From a virus: 64,000 bases of DNA. Location: the IMG/VR virus record IMGVR_UViG_3300045988_167652. One strand, 5' to 3'. The notes beneath the pieces are model-generated. The model ran no database searches. It saw only the letters and a program-made list of their open reading frames with translations, and was not told the origin of the DNA. The position numbers and the translations under genes were made by a program. Below are positions 27,601 through 36,634 of this stretch, piece by piece; the stretch's first letter is position 1; every line of letters begins with the position of its first letter.

Positions 27601-30376
27601 TATTTAGGATACTTAGGAATTAAACAGGCTTATTAAAGCAAGAAACTCTTAGGAAACTGTTAAAGGTATTCATACAAGAATAAAAGAACTTAATAATGTT
27701 CTTAGAGGGCATTTATACAGATTAAAAGAGTTAATATAGAATCAGGATGAAAGGGATGAAATAAGTGCTAAATCTTTAAGAAATATGAGAGATACTTTAA
27801 TAGCCTATCAAAAACAAGTAGATATTATAAGAGAATTTGATATAGAACTTGAAGGATTAAGTGATGAAGAACAAATAGAAATAAATAATGAATTAAAAGA
27901 AATTATAGCTGATTGTGAAGAAGTTTTGAAACGTTCTTTTAATTACTGGAAAAAGATATCCAAAGCTAAATTTATGTCTTTTGTAGGTAAAATAGTTCCT
28001 GAAGGAGTAGTAAGAATGATGAATAAAATAGATGGTTCTACTAATACTTTAGAAGATTATGTATTTACAGCTAATAGGGATATTTCTTTTTATGATAGAT
28101 GGTTAAGAGCAGCTGGTGATAGTAGAGATTTTGTAATTAGATTATATGATGATATATTAAAAAGAGCTTAGATTAACAGAGTTCATAAATCTTAGGAATA
28201 TAAAAGAAAGATAACAGCTTTACAAATAGAACTTGAACAATCTACAGGTAGTTCAGATACTTCATGGATGTATGAAAAGAATGCTAAAGGAGAAATAATA
28301 GGATTTATTAGAGAACTTGATTATACTAAATATGAAAAAGAAAGAAAACAGGCTATATTAGATATTTATAGTAATACAGATGATCCTAAAACAGCATCGG
28401 ATTTAATTAATAAATGGGTAGTAGAACATACTGAATTGGATGAAAATAATATACAAAAACCTAAAAGATCGCTTTATGGTAATCCTATATTCGATAATTT
28501 ATCCGAAGGATAGAAAAAGTATTATAAATCCATTATAACCCTTAAAAAATTAATGGATGCAACTATGAAACTTGAACCTATTTAGTATTATAAACCTATT
28601 TACATTTCAAACACTATGACATAGAGATTAAAGAATACTAAGAGTGTTTAGGATGTAAAAGATATAATGAAGAGCTGGTATGATACTAATATAGGAATAA
28701 GAAAAGATGACACTGATTATAATAAAACAGTTGCCGTAATAAAAGATTTTGAAGGAAATGTGGTACAAACATTACCTAAATTCTTTACTTCTCCTTTAGA
28801 AAATCTTAAAGATGTTTCTACCGATGTTACTTCAGCTATGATAGCCTATGCTGATACAGCAGTTAATTTTGAAGTAATGGAAGAAGCTGTGGGATAGATG
28901 GAACTTGGTAGAATTGTTCTTAGAGACAGAAAGATTTCAGAAACAAAAGATGATAAAGAATTAGTAAATAAGATTAAACTTTCAGGTTATAATATCATTC
29001 AAAAAGTATTTAAGAAAACATCCAAATCTAATTTTGAAGCAAGATTAGATGACTTTATGGAAATGAATGTTTATAATCATTATTATAAGGATGAAGGTAA
29101 GGTAGGTTAGTTATTAAATACTTTAGGTACAGTTACAGCTATTAATGGTTTAGGAATTAATGCTATTGCAGGTATATCTAACTTATTTACTGGTGGAGCA
29201 ATGTTTAATATTGAAGCTCTTAGTAATAATCATTTTAAACCTAAACATGGTATAAAAGCAGATAATATTTTCTTTAAAAATTCATTTGCTTTAATAGGAG
29301 ATGCCGGCAAAAGAGTAAAAACATCAAAAATAGCTTTATTCCTTGAACATTTTGATGTTTATCAGGATTATACCGAAAACATAAAAAATAGTAATGTAGG
29401 AACTAAGAATTGGTTACTTAGAAATATTGGATTAGATTCTATGTTTATCTATAATAAATTAGGTGAAACTTGGTTATAGGCAAGAGTACCTTTAGCTTTA
29501 GCAGTAGCTACTGAATTAATAGATAAAAATGGAAATAAAATAAGTCTTTGGGATGCTTTAGAAGTAGTAGAAACTAAGAATGATGAAGGTAAAGTTATTT
29601 CTTCAAAACTTCAATTTAAAGATGAATATGAAGGATTAGATGGAAAAAAGCCTGATGAAATTATAGCTGAAGTTATGAGAAAAAGTAATAAAATCAATAA
29701 TAATTTGAATGGTATTTATCATAAACAAGATATATATGCAGCTTAGAAATATTCAGTTGTAAGAATGGGATTTATGTTTAGAAAATTCATATTACCCGCT
29801 CTTGAATATAGATATAAAGGACAGACTTATAACTTTGACTTAAATAAAACTACTGAAGGATTTTATCATACTATATGGAGACTTAGAAAAGACATTCTAA
29901 AGAATAGAACAAATTTACTTGTATTTTATAATAGTCTTGAAGATTATGAAAAGGCTAATATAAATAAAGCATCTATAGAAGTATTACAAGTATTTATGAT
30001 ATGGTTAGCTATAGGACTTATAGGTAAAATTGATGGTGATGATGATGATGATAAAGCTTATTTAGCAAGAATAACCGAATTACAATTAAGAAGACTTTAT
30101 ACTGAAACTTCAGTGTTTACTCCTTCTACAGGAATGATTAATGAAGGTCAAAGAATACTTAAATCACCCGCTGCTTCAGTTAATACATTAGATAATATGT
30201 TAGGATTACTTGAGCTTCTTGATCCAAGAAGTTATACTACTGAACTTAAATCAGGGAGGTATAAAAGACATTCAAGAGCTTATAGAGCTATTGACAGAAA
30301 TTTACCTTTTAAACGTCATATATATAACATAGTAAATCCTGAATTATTATTACCATTCTATAAACAAGAATATTAA
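18665..30376 (+). CDS. Giant virion protein (3,903 codons) containing a two-barrel RNA polymerase DxDxD signature; TAG as sense
   Basis: ATG 18665. All 17 track ORFs from 18983 to 29765 are in frame 2, and every gap I read contains only TAG. It ends at TAA 30374-30376. GSDFDIDK sits around 23957-23980, as expected for crAss-like virion RNAPs. Confidence 0.7.
23963..23977 (+). other. DFDID candidate catalytic metal-binding motif of the virion RNA polymerase
   Basis: The codons gac ttt gat att gat at 23963-23977 lie within ...LLALTGSDFDIDKLYLVVP. The DxDxD pattern is the signature of two-barrel RNAPs. Confidence 0.6.
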
Positions 30377-30406
30377 TCAAAGCAGACACAAACGATCAAA
30401 TTTTTT

Positions 30407-30445
30407 AGGGAAGATAGTTTTATATTCTATCTTCCCTTTTATTTT
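30407..30445. terminator. Bidirectional hairpin terminator between the convergent late and early blocks
   Basis: 11-bp stem AGGGAAGATAG (30407-30417) / CTATCTTCCCT (30427-30437). It is flanked by a T-run upstream (TTTTTT, 30401-30406) and T-rich sequence downstream (TTTATTTT), so each strand carries the hairpin; the canonical stem-then-T tail is clearer on the + strand. Confidence 0.75.
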
Positions 30446-30446
30446 A

Positions 30447-31085
30447 TTATTTTGTGGTTTTAATAGGATACACATATAAACTAACAATTCTTCCATCAAT
30501 AATATTTTTTGTATATTCAAAGAATGGAAAATCTTTAATAATAGTGTCTACTACTTCAATAATATAATTATTATTTAGTGATATTTCAATACAATCATCC
30601 CCATCAACTATGAAGTTATTATATATTCTTTTTACAATATCTTCATACATTTCTTGTTTTACTTTCTTTTCATTATCTATTAGAGATAATTTTATATCAC
30701 TATAGTTTTCCCAGAAATTTGTAAGTTTTTCCTTACACTTATCAAAATCACTTTCTTCTTCTTCATTTTCTTCACCTTCATTTTTAAATACTGAATTTTG
30801 AGCATATTCAGCAGCTCTAACCATAGCTTCAATATCTATGAAAGCTTTATTAAGAGAGTCTTCTACCTCTTCTTTTCTACTTTTTCCTATAGTAGAAACA
30901 TAAGTTTCTGCTAAGTATATTTTTGTTTTAACTTCAGCTATTAAGGAATCTATATTATTTAATAAATCAGTTTTATTTTTATCGTTTCTATTACAATTTT
31001 TTATATCTTCCGACATTTTTTCAAGTTTACTGATTATGTTATTAAATTTAGTGTAAATTCTTTCTGATAATATTTTCTTGTCCAT
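30447..31085 (-). CDS. Hypothetical protein (212 aa), acidic and coiled-coil-rich
   Basis: Intact ORF with a TAA stop; last gene of the minus-strand block. Confidence 0.65.
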   Translation of the reverse strand: MDKKILSERIYTKFNNIISKLEKMSEDIKNCNRNDKNKTDLLNNIDSLIAEVKTKIYLAETYVSTIGKSRKEEVEDSLNKAFIDIEAMVRAAEYAQNSVFKNEGEENEEEESDFDKCKEKLTNFWENYSDIKLSLIDNEKKVKQEMYEDIVKRIYNNFIVDGDDCIEISLNNNYIIEVVDTIIKDFPFFEYTKNIIDGRIVSLYVYPIKTTK

Positions 31086-31092
31086 AAAATTT

Positions 31093-31923
31093 TTAATTTA
31101 ATTCTTGTATTATATTATGAAACACTGATTTAAAAAATAATATTACGTTAGAAGGCATTAATATGTTGCTTTTATATTTAATATTGTTGTTTATTATTTT
31201 AATATAGTCATTTAAAACTTCTTTTATTCCTATTAAATTAAATTCTTCATAATTCAAACTGATAAAATTATTATGATATGTGTTTGTAATATAACCAAGA
31301 AATCTTACATTCTTTTTTATAATGTTATATTCTTCTAAAGGTAAATTTATATTATTACTATTCCAAACTAATTTAGGGTGATAGTTATAATGTTCAAGTT
31401 CTTTATATAATTCATATATTTCAAATGCTCTATTTTCAAATGTAGTATCAAGTCCGTTTTTAATTACCCATTTATATAAATAGTTTACTATTATTTTTAA
31501 ATCTGCAATATGTTTACTTGAATTTGATTTTGTGTTTATACAATCTTCTTTAGCTATAATAATATCAAGTGGATCGGCTATTTTGTATGTATTTCTCAGA
31601 TATTTTATATTTTTTATTTTGACATTATCAGTATTAAAAATATCTATTAAAAATCCTGTTTCTTTATGTTTTAGTTTATATAGTTTAAATTTATAATCAT
31701 ATTCTTTTTCATCAGATTCATCAGATTCATCAGGATTTAATAATTCAAATATTTCATTATCATACCCAAATTCTCCACTACGTACAAAATCCAAATCATG
31801 TATAGGTCTTTTTAAATCTATTCCCAACATATTAAAGACAGTACTACCAGTTAATACAGTTCCAGGAATGTTATTAAATACATCATTTATTACCTTTAAT
31901 TTTATATCATCTATCTTAATCAT
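31093..31923 (-). CDS. Possible nucleotidyltransferase-fold protein (276 aa)
   Basis: The N-terminal LTGSTVFNMLGIDLKRPIHDLDFV fits the GS...DxD pattern of Pol-beta-type nucleotidyltransferases. This is a motif-level call only. Confidence 0.45.
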   Translation of the reverse strand: MIKIDDIKLKVINDVFNNIPGTVLTGSTVFNMLGIDLKRPIHDLDFVRSGEFGYDNEIFELLNPDESDESDEKEYDYKFKLYKLKHKETGFLIDIFNTDNVKIKNIKYLRNTYKIADPLDIIIAKEDCINTKSNSSKHIADLKIIVNYLYKWVIKNGLDTTFENRAFEIYELYKELEHYNYHPKLVWNSNNINLPLEEYNIIKKNVRFLGYITNTYHNNFISLNYEEFNLIGIKEVLNDYIKIINNNIKYKSNILMPSNVILFFKSVFHNIIQELN

Positions 31924-32422
31924 TTATATATAAGATTAAAGAAGTAAATAAACTCATAAATGCCCACATTTCTAAATAAAACATCCAACTCTTCCTATTT
32001 AATAAATATAATATAAGAAACATTAAAGCAATATTAAGGGGAACATACCAATATTTTATAGCTACTAAATAAATCCAAAGAATAGCAAATATCATACATA
32101 TAATAGCCGAAATAAAATGTATTTTCTTATTTATAGTTTTAAAATAAGGCGCTGTACCTACAAAAGCTAATGCACTTGCAGCTATAAAAGGTATAAATTG
32201 TAATATTTTAGGAGTATGTTCTAACCATACAGGCATTATACTAAAACATATAACATAACAAAATATAGTAAAGGCATAAGACATATTCCATTTAATATCT
32301 TTATATCCTTTTTCAAGTAGATAAAAAGAATCTGAAATACTTTTAGGTATTCCATATATAATACATATTGAAGAGATATAGAGAACAAAAAAACTAATAC
32401 CAAAATAATATAATAACTCCAT
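31916..32422 (-). CDS. Polytopic integral membrane protein (168 aa, about 5 hydrophobic spans)
   Basis: The translation is dominated by long hydrophobic segments. It overlaps the downstream gene by 8 nt. Confidence 0.65.
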   Translation of the reverse strand: MELLYYFGISFFVLYISSICIIYGIPKSISDSFYLLEKGYKDIKWNMSYAFTIFCYVICFSIMPVWLEHTPKILQFIPFIAASALAFVGTAPYFKTINKKIHFISAIICMIFAILWIYLVAIKYWYVPLNIALMFLILYLLNRKSWMFYLEMWAFMSLFTSLILYIND

Positions 32423-32448
32423 AATTTTAAATTTTTCTTTTTAATATT

Positions 32449-33045
32449 TTATTTAATCTTTCTTTTATATACTTTTATGAGTTTATCAAAAGCTTTTAAC
32501 CTTGATTCTTCATCATTATTATCCCACCAACAACCTCCTTCTTTATATTTAGCATTAAGAAAATCTTTATTAAATTCGGGAATAATAAAAGGTATAGTCA
32601 AAAAACTATGTATAGTATAAGGAAAAGATTTTGTAATACATATACACATATATGAGGCTATTCCATCTTCACATATCTTCTTAGCTTTTATAAGAGTATT
32701 AAGTATTAATTCATTTGTTATTTTATAATTCTTTTTATATATCTTACATTCATAAATACTAATAAGCTGATCTAATGCTTCTTTTCTACTTTGTATATCT
32801 TTCCTATCCCACCAAATACTATTTGCATTTCTTTTTACTCCTGTAAGAAATTCTGACGTAAATTCAGGAATAATTTCAGGAATATTACTACATAATATAG
32901 GTGTAGACCTTATAGATAAATAATTAACAATAGCAGTACCAATAGCATCACATAGATAAATTTTACTACCTGAATATATGCTATCATAAGCATTTAATAA
33001 TATATTTAATATATCCTTATTAGTTAAATTATATTCTGTTTTCAT
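32449..33045 (-). CDS. Two-module repeat protein (IPEF...WWD...SR...LI..Y family), paralog A
   Basis: It carries two internal copies: PEIIPEFTSEFLTGVKRNANSIWWDRKDIQSRKEALDQLISIYECKIY and FIIPEFNKDFLNAKYKEGGCWWDNNDEESRLKAFDKLIKVYKRKI. Confidence 0.7.
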   Translation of the reverse strand: MKTEYNLTNKDILNILLNAYDSIYSGSKIYLCDAIGTAIVNYLSIRSTPILCSNIPEIIPEFTSEFLTGVKRNANSIWWDRKDIQSRKEALDQLISIYECKIYKKNYKITNELILNTLIKAKKICEDGIASYMCICITKSFPYTIHSFLTIPFIIPEFNKDFLNAKYKEGGCWWDNNDEESRLKAFDKLIKVYKRKIK

Positions 33046-33066
33046 ATTAATTTAAATATAGACTTA

Positions 33067-33750
33067 TTAAACAACACAGTAAAAATAAAATACTTTTCTG
33101 TGAATTATTTTATTCAATATTCTCTTAACGAATAATCTTATTTTATTCAATATTCTATAATTATAAACTTTTTCTTCATATATTTCTATTAGCTTATCAA
33201 AAACTATTATTCCTTCTTCCTTATTTTTTAATTTTGACAGGTGTATTTTATTATTGTACTTTGAATTAAAAATTTCTTCACTACATTCTGGAATAAGTTT
33301 ATATAATAAACTATCAGACATATAAATACAAGATAAAGCATGTTTAAGATTTAAATGAACATTTTGATAATAATTCCTTATATATAATTCTTTTGCTCTT
33401 TTAATGAGTTCAAGGGTTTTTTTATTCTTTGGTTTTTTATCTCTTTTAAAAATTTTAAGTGTATATATGTCTATAAGTTTAGTTAATACTTCTAATCTAC
33501 TTGTTTTATCATTTATATCCCACCGTTCTTTATTGGTACTTATTTTACGTCCTACAAGAAATTTAGAGTTAAATTCTGGTATATAATTTCTTATACCTAA
33601 ATAAGTAACAAAATTAGAAGTACATATATACAAAGAATAACTAAGAGCCTCGCATAATAATATACTTCTATCATAATAAACTTTTTTATAAGCTATATAT
33701 AGAACTTCAATAATATCTTTATCAGATAATTTTATATTTTCATGATTCAT
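33067..33750 (-). CDS. Two-module repeat protein, paralog B of 32449..33045
   Basis: NYIPEFNSKFLVGRKISTNKERWDINDKTSRLEVLTKLIDIYTLKIF and KLIPECSEEIFNSKYNN...EEGIIVFDKLIEIYEEKVY match the module seen in the neighbouring gene. Confidence 0.7.
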   Translation of the reverse strand: MNHENIKLSDKDIIEVLYIAYKKVYYDRSILLCEALSYSLYICTSNFVTYLGIRNYIPEFNSKFLVGRKISTNKERWDINDKTSRLEVLTKLIDIYTLKIFKRDKKPKNKKTLELIKRAKELYIRNYYQNVHLNLKHALSCIYMSDSLLYKLIPECSEEIFNSKYNNKIHLSKLKNKEEGIIVFDKLIEIYEEKVYNYRILNKIRLFVKRILNKIIHRKVFYFYCVV

Positions 33751-33946
33751 AGTTAGGTATTAAATATAATTCTTTATTTATTTTAAAAGGACTTTCATCA
33801 CTTATTTTTACTAATATAGAATTAATAATATTGTGATATTCTGATGGAATAACGAGAGGAAAATATTTATTATTATATTTAACAGTAATAATATAATCTC
33901 CCTCTTCTATTTTATCAAGTTCATTTTGATTTTTATTTTTGTCCAT
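33740..33946 (-). CDS. Small hypothetical protein (68 aa)
   Basis: Intact ORF with a TGA stop that overlaps the start of the next gene. Confidence 0.5.
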   Translation of the reverse strand: MDKNKNQNELDKIEEGDYIITVKYNNKYFPLVIPSEYHNIINSILVKISDESPFKINKELYLIPNYES

Positions 33947-33954
33947 AATTTATT

Positions 33955-33993
33955 GTTATAAATAAAATAGGGAAGATTTATATTATCTTCCCT
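33955..33993 (-). terminator. Rho-independent terminator (minus strand) after the MazG-like gene
   Basis: 9-bp stem AGGGAAGAT (33969-33977) / ATCTTCCCT (33985-33993). On the minus strand the stem is followed by ATTTTATTTAT. The stem core matches the terminator at 30407. Confidence 0.55.
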
Positions 33994-34009
33994 AAATTAA
34001 TATATTATT

Positions 34010-34576
34010 TCAACATGTTTTACCATGTTTATATCCTCTATGTGTATTATATTCCATCTTTTGATAAACATGCCAATCAATTGGAATGTTCCAATGTTTT
34101 ACTAATAAATCAAGATAATCTAATGCCACACAAATTGAATGTGTATTATCATTTCCCCTTGAAATAATTCTTGTTACTTCAAAACATTCTTCTAAAAATG
34201 ATTTAAAGTTTGTTTTTACAATGTTAGTTTTATTTGATGGATCATCAAAATCAAGATTTATAGCTCCTGCATAATCATATAATCTGATATATACATCAGC
34301 TATTTCATCTTCAACAGTGTTTTTAATATTCTTTTTAAAAGATTCTTGTAGCCCTAAAAGTTTATTATCTCTTTGAAAGGCATCATAATCAGATTTATGA
34401 TTATTTCTATATGCTTCTACAGCTTCACAAATCTCACTAATAACAAGCATCATACTATGTTCATAAGGATGTTGTACTTCCCAAAATCCTTTTTTTACAG
34501 CATTACTGTGAGCAAGTTTTTTATATTGATTTCTTGTTAATTTACCTGTTTTAAATACTGCTTCTTTAATATCCAT
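34010..34576 (-). CDS. MazG-like all-alpha nucleoside triphosphate pyrophosphohydrolase
   Basis: GFWEV...MMLVISEICEAVEAYR...VEDEIADVYIRLYDYA matches the paired EExxE/ExxD helices typical of MazG-family NTP-PPases. Confidence 0.6.
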   Translation of the reverse strand: MDIKEAVFKTGKLTRNQYKKLAHSNAVKKGFWEVQHPYEHSMMLVISEICEAVEAYRNNHKSDYDAFQRDNKLLGLQESFKKNIKNTVEDEIADVYIRLYDYAGAINLDFDDPSNKTNIVKTNFKSFLEECFEVTRIISRGNDNTHSICVALDYLDLLVKHWNIPIDWHVYQKMEYNTHRGYKHGKTC

Positions 34577-34579
34577 ATT

Positions 34580-35020
34580 TTATTCACAATTCATTAATGC
34601 GTTATACATTCTATCTATTGCTTCTTTAGGGACTTTCCTATCTCTTCCTTCTATATTTTTCATAGCTTTTTCAGGTGTACACATAAGAAAACAGTACTCA
34701 ATTCTATAACCATTATCTAACGCTAACTTTTCAAGTTTCCTTCTTGTTTTTATATAACAATTAGTGTCATCAATGATTATAGTATTATCTCTTAATATAG
34801 CTTCTTGAATGGCTCTTAATTCAAGTTGTTTTACTAAAAATTCTTCTTCTTTAGTATATCTGTAATTAGGTTTGGTTTCCCTTATTTTATCTCTTGAAAT
34901 ATATTCATACTGTGGATTATTTTCAAGGATTTTATTAGCTGTAGTAGTCTTACCGCTACCTGGAATACCTACCATAACAATAAAGGTTCTTTCAAGATTA
35001 TTATATTTACTTATATCCAT
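34580..35020 (-). CDS. P-loop kinase-like protein (polynucleotide/nucleoside kinase-type)
   Basis: Walker A is VGIPGSGKTT, followed by ISRDKIR and IIDDTN motifs. I place the start at ATG 35020, 1 nt after the upstream TGA stop, rather than the track start at 35101, which would overlap the upstream gene by 80 nt. Confidence 0.6.
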   Translation of the reverse strand: MDISKYNNLERTFIVMVGIPGSGKTTTANKILENNPQYEYISRDKIRETKPNYRYTKEEEFLVKQLELRAIQEAILRDNTIIIDDTNCYIKTRRKLEKLALDNGYRIEYCFLMCTPEKAMKNIEGRDRKVPKEAIDRMYNALMNCE

Positions 35021-35021
35021 A

Positions 35022-35936
35022 TCATAAATCTTTAAACATATCAATAATATTATTTTTAATATCTTTTCTTTCGTATTTTCTTGTAGTAGAATTTTTAGCA
35101 TACTTACCTTCTACTAAATCAATATACATAGTAAATTCCCCTTCATCTCCCATGTAGTAAGAATTAAATGTATATTCATCCAATCTTTTTCTTAATTCAA
35201 GAGTTTCAATAGCTAAATTATCTGTTGCTACTACTTTGAAAGTTCTAAAGATTTGATCAATATTATTAACCAACATCTTTCTTTTTTCATTTAACCATAA
35301 TCCATTTTTATGGTTATATTCAATTCCTCTACCAAATAATTTATTACCTAATATAAGTAATTTATCTGGTAGAATATCTTTAAACTCAATTAAGTCTTTA
35401 TAATTTACTATTCCTTCAATAACATGTAAAACAATATTATCTGTAGATATTCCATTCTTTATAAGTATATTTAGAATGTTTTCTACATTTCTAAATTCTT
35501 TAGGATTATTAGCTGATATTCCCAAACCATGAATTAATTTTTTATATAGGAGAGAAATAAGCAAGTCAAATTCTTTTATAGAATTATGAATAGTCATATT
35601 GCATATAATATTTTTACTATTTAACTTTCCAAGAATTTTTTTTAAATTAGGATGACTAAGAGCATTTCCCCCGCCTAAGGCAATTTCTGTACCTTCTTTT
35701 AAAGTATCTAAAAACTCATAATTAAAGTTTGCATGTTTACCTTTTATAGATGAGTTTTCATGACACATAGGACATCCTACTTCACAATAATCAGTTATCT
35801 TCATATCTATACTTTCAGGAAATTCAGGAATAAATTTATCTTCTTTAGTCATTCTGATTTTAGTTCCGTCAGAATATATTTTTACAATGTAATTTCCATT
35901 AGTATATGATTGTAATAATTTTATATTATTATTCAT
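35022..35936 (-). CDS. Radical SAM domain protein, substrate unknown
   Basis: CEVGCPMC is the CxxxCxxC 4Fe-4S/SAM motif. The downstream ALGGGNALSHPN resembles the GGE SAM-binding motif. Confidence 0.7.
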   Translation of the reverse strand: MNNNIKLLQSYTNGNYIVKIYSDGTKIRMTKEDKFIPEFPESIDMKITDYCEVGCPMCHENSSIKGKHANFNYEFLDTLKEGTEIALGGGNALSHPNLKKILGKLNSKNIICNMTIHNSIKEFDLLISLLYKKLIHGLGISANNPKEFRNVENILNILIKNGISTDNIVLHVIEGIVNYKDLIEFKDILPDKLLILGNKLFGRGIEYNHKNGLWLNEKRKMLVNNIDQIFRTFKVVATDNLAIETLELRKRLDEYTFNSYYMGDEGEFTMYIDLVEGKYAKNSTTRKYERKDIKNNIIDMFKDL

Positions 35937-36177
35937 TACTTTCTAATCTTTTTCTTGTAGCTATTTCTTTATTTAAATACCAAACAGCCTTTTCTAAATC
36001 TTCAATCACCTTATCTTTATCTTTTTTATCTGCTCTTAATATATATTTAATAGCATTTCCTCTACAGAATCCTAAAAGTGATATAACTCCTGTATAATCT
36101 TCTATCACATCAATTACTTCAGTTCTTCCTGAAGTATAATGTTTAGGATGATTTACATTGTCTTTAATTTCCTCCAT
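35929..36177 (-). CDS. DUF3310-like small phage protein
   Basis: NHPKHY...IDVIE...GNAIKYILRADKK...EDLEKAVWYL matches the conserved pattern I recall for this phage family. Confidence 0.5.
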   Translation of the reverse strand: MEEIKDNVNHPKHYTSGRTEVIDVIEDYTGVISLLGFCRGNAIKYILRADKKDKDKVIEDLEKAVWYLNKEIATRKRLESNE

Positions 36178-36634
36178 AATAAATAATATGCTTAGCTTTT
36201 CCTACCCTTTCTTTAGCTACTTCTTCTACATCATACTCATCATTATCATTTCCAGTAATAATAAAACTATCATTTAGTAGAAACTTTTTAAAATCTTTTC
36301 TACTATCCATTATTTCTAATAGTTTACTTTTATCATTACTATGATCCATTCCAAAATTATCATATGATTTTCCATAAAATATCTTTGTTTCAGGAAGAAC
36401 CTCTTTTATTGCTTCTTTAAATTCTTCTTCTAAATCTAAAGACACACATAAAGAATATAAATAATTAGCTTTAGCTTCAATACCTGTTATTATTTCATAT
36501 TCCCAACCATAATCTATATAAGTTAGATACAGTTTTTTGGGAGATTTCTTAGTAGAAGAACCACTAATATAGCAAAGACAATGTGTACTTGAACTATTGG
36601 TTTCAAATATACTTCTTCTTACAGAAATTTTCAT
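36164..36634 (-). CDS. Hypothetical protein with N-terminal IFETNSSSTH motif, paralog A
   Basis: The N-terminus MKISVRRSIFETNSSSTHCL is shared with 37080..37664. Confidence 0.65.
   Translation of the reverse strand: MKISVRRSIFETNSSSTHCLCYISGSSTKKSPKKLYLTYIDYGWEYEIITGIEAKANYLYSLCVSLDLEEEFKEAIKEVLPETKIFYGKSYDNFGMDHSNDKSKLLEIMDSRKDFKKFLLNDSFIITGNDNDEYDVEEVAKERVGKAKHIIYYGGN

Noticed and set aside
1-30376. The fragmented + strand ORFs could indicate pseudogenes, a degraded prophage remnant or sequencing errors.
   Set aside because: The interruptions are exclusively TAG, the frame never shifts, and the translations stay protein-like across the breaks. Each stitched gene ends cleanly at TAA or TGA. 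Random decay or indel errors would also give frameshifts and TAA/TGA stops.
1-30376. The late block might reassign TGA (to Trp) or TAA instead of TAG.
   Set aside because: TGA and TAA never occur in frame inside the stitched genes I read. They do serve as the terminal stops (TGA at 287-289, TAA at all the others).
34580-35101. The longer track version of the kinase ORF, starting at 35101.
   Set aside because: Its first 27 codons overlap the radical SAM gene and translate to low-complexity sequence. The ATG at 35020 sits 1 nt after the upstream stop, just before the Walker A region.
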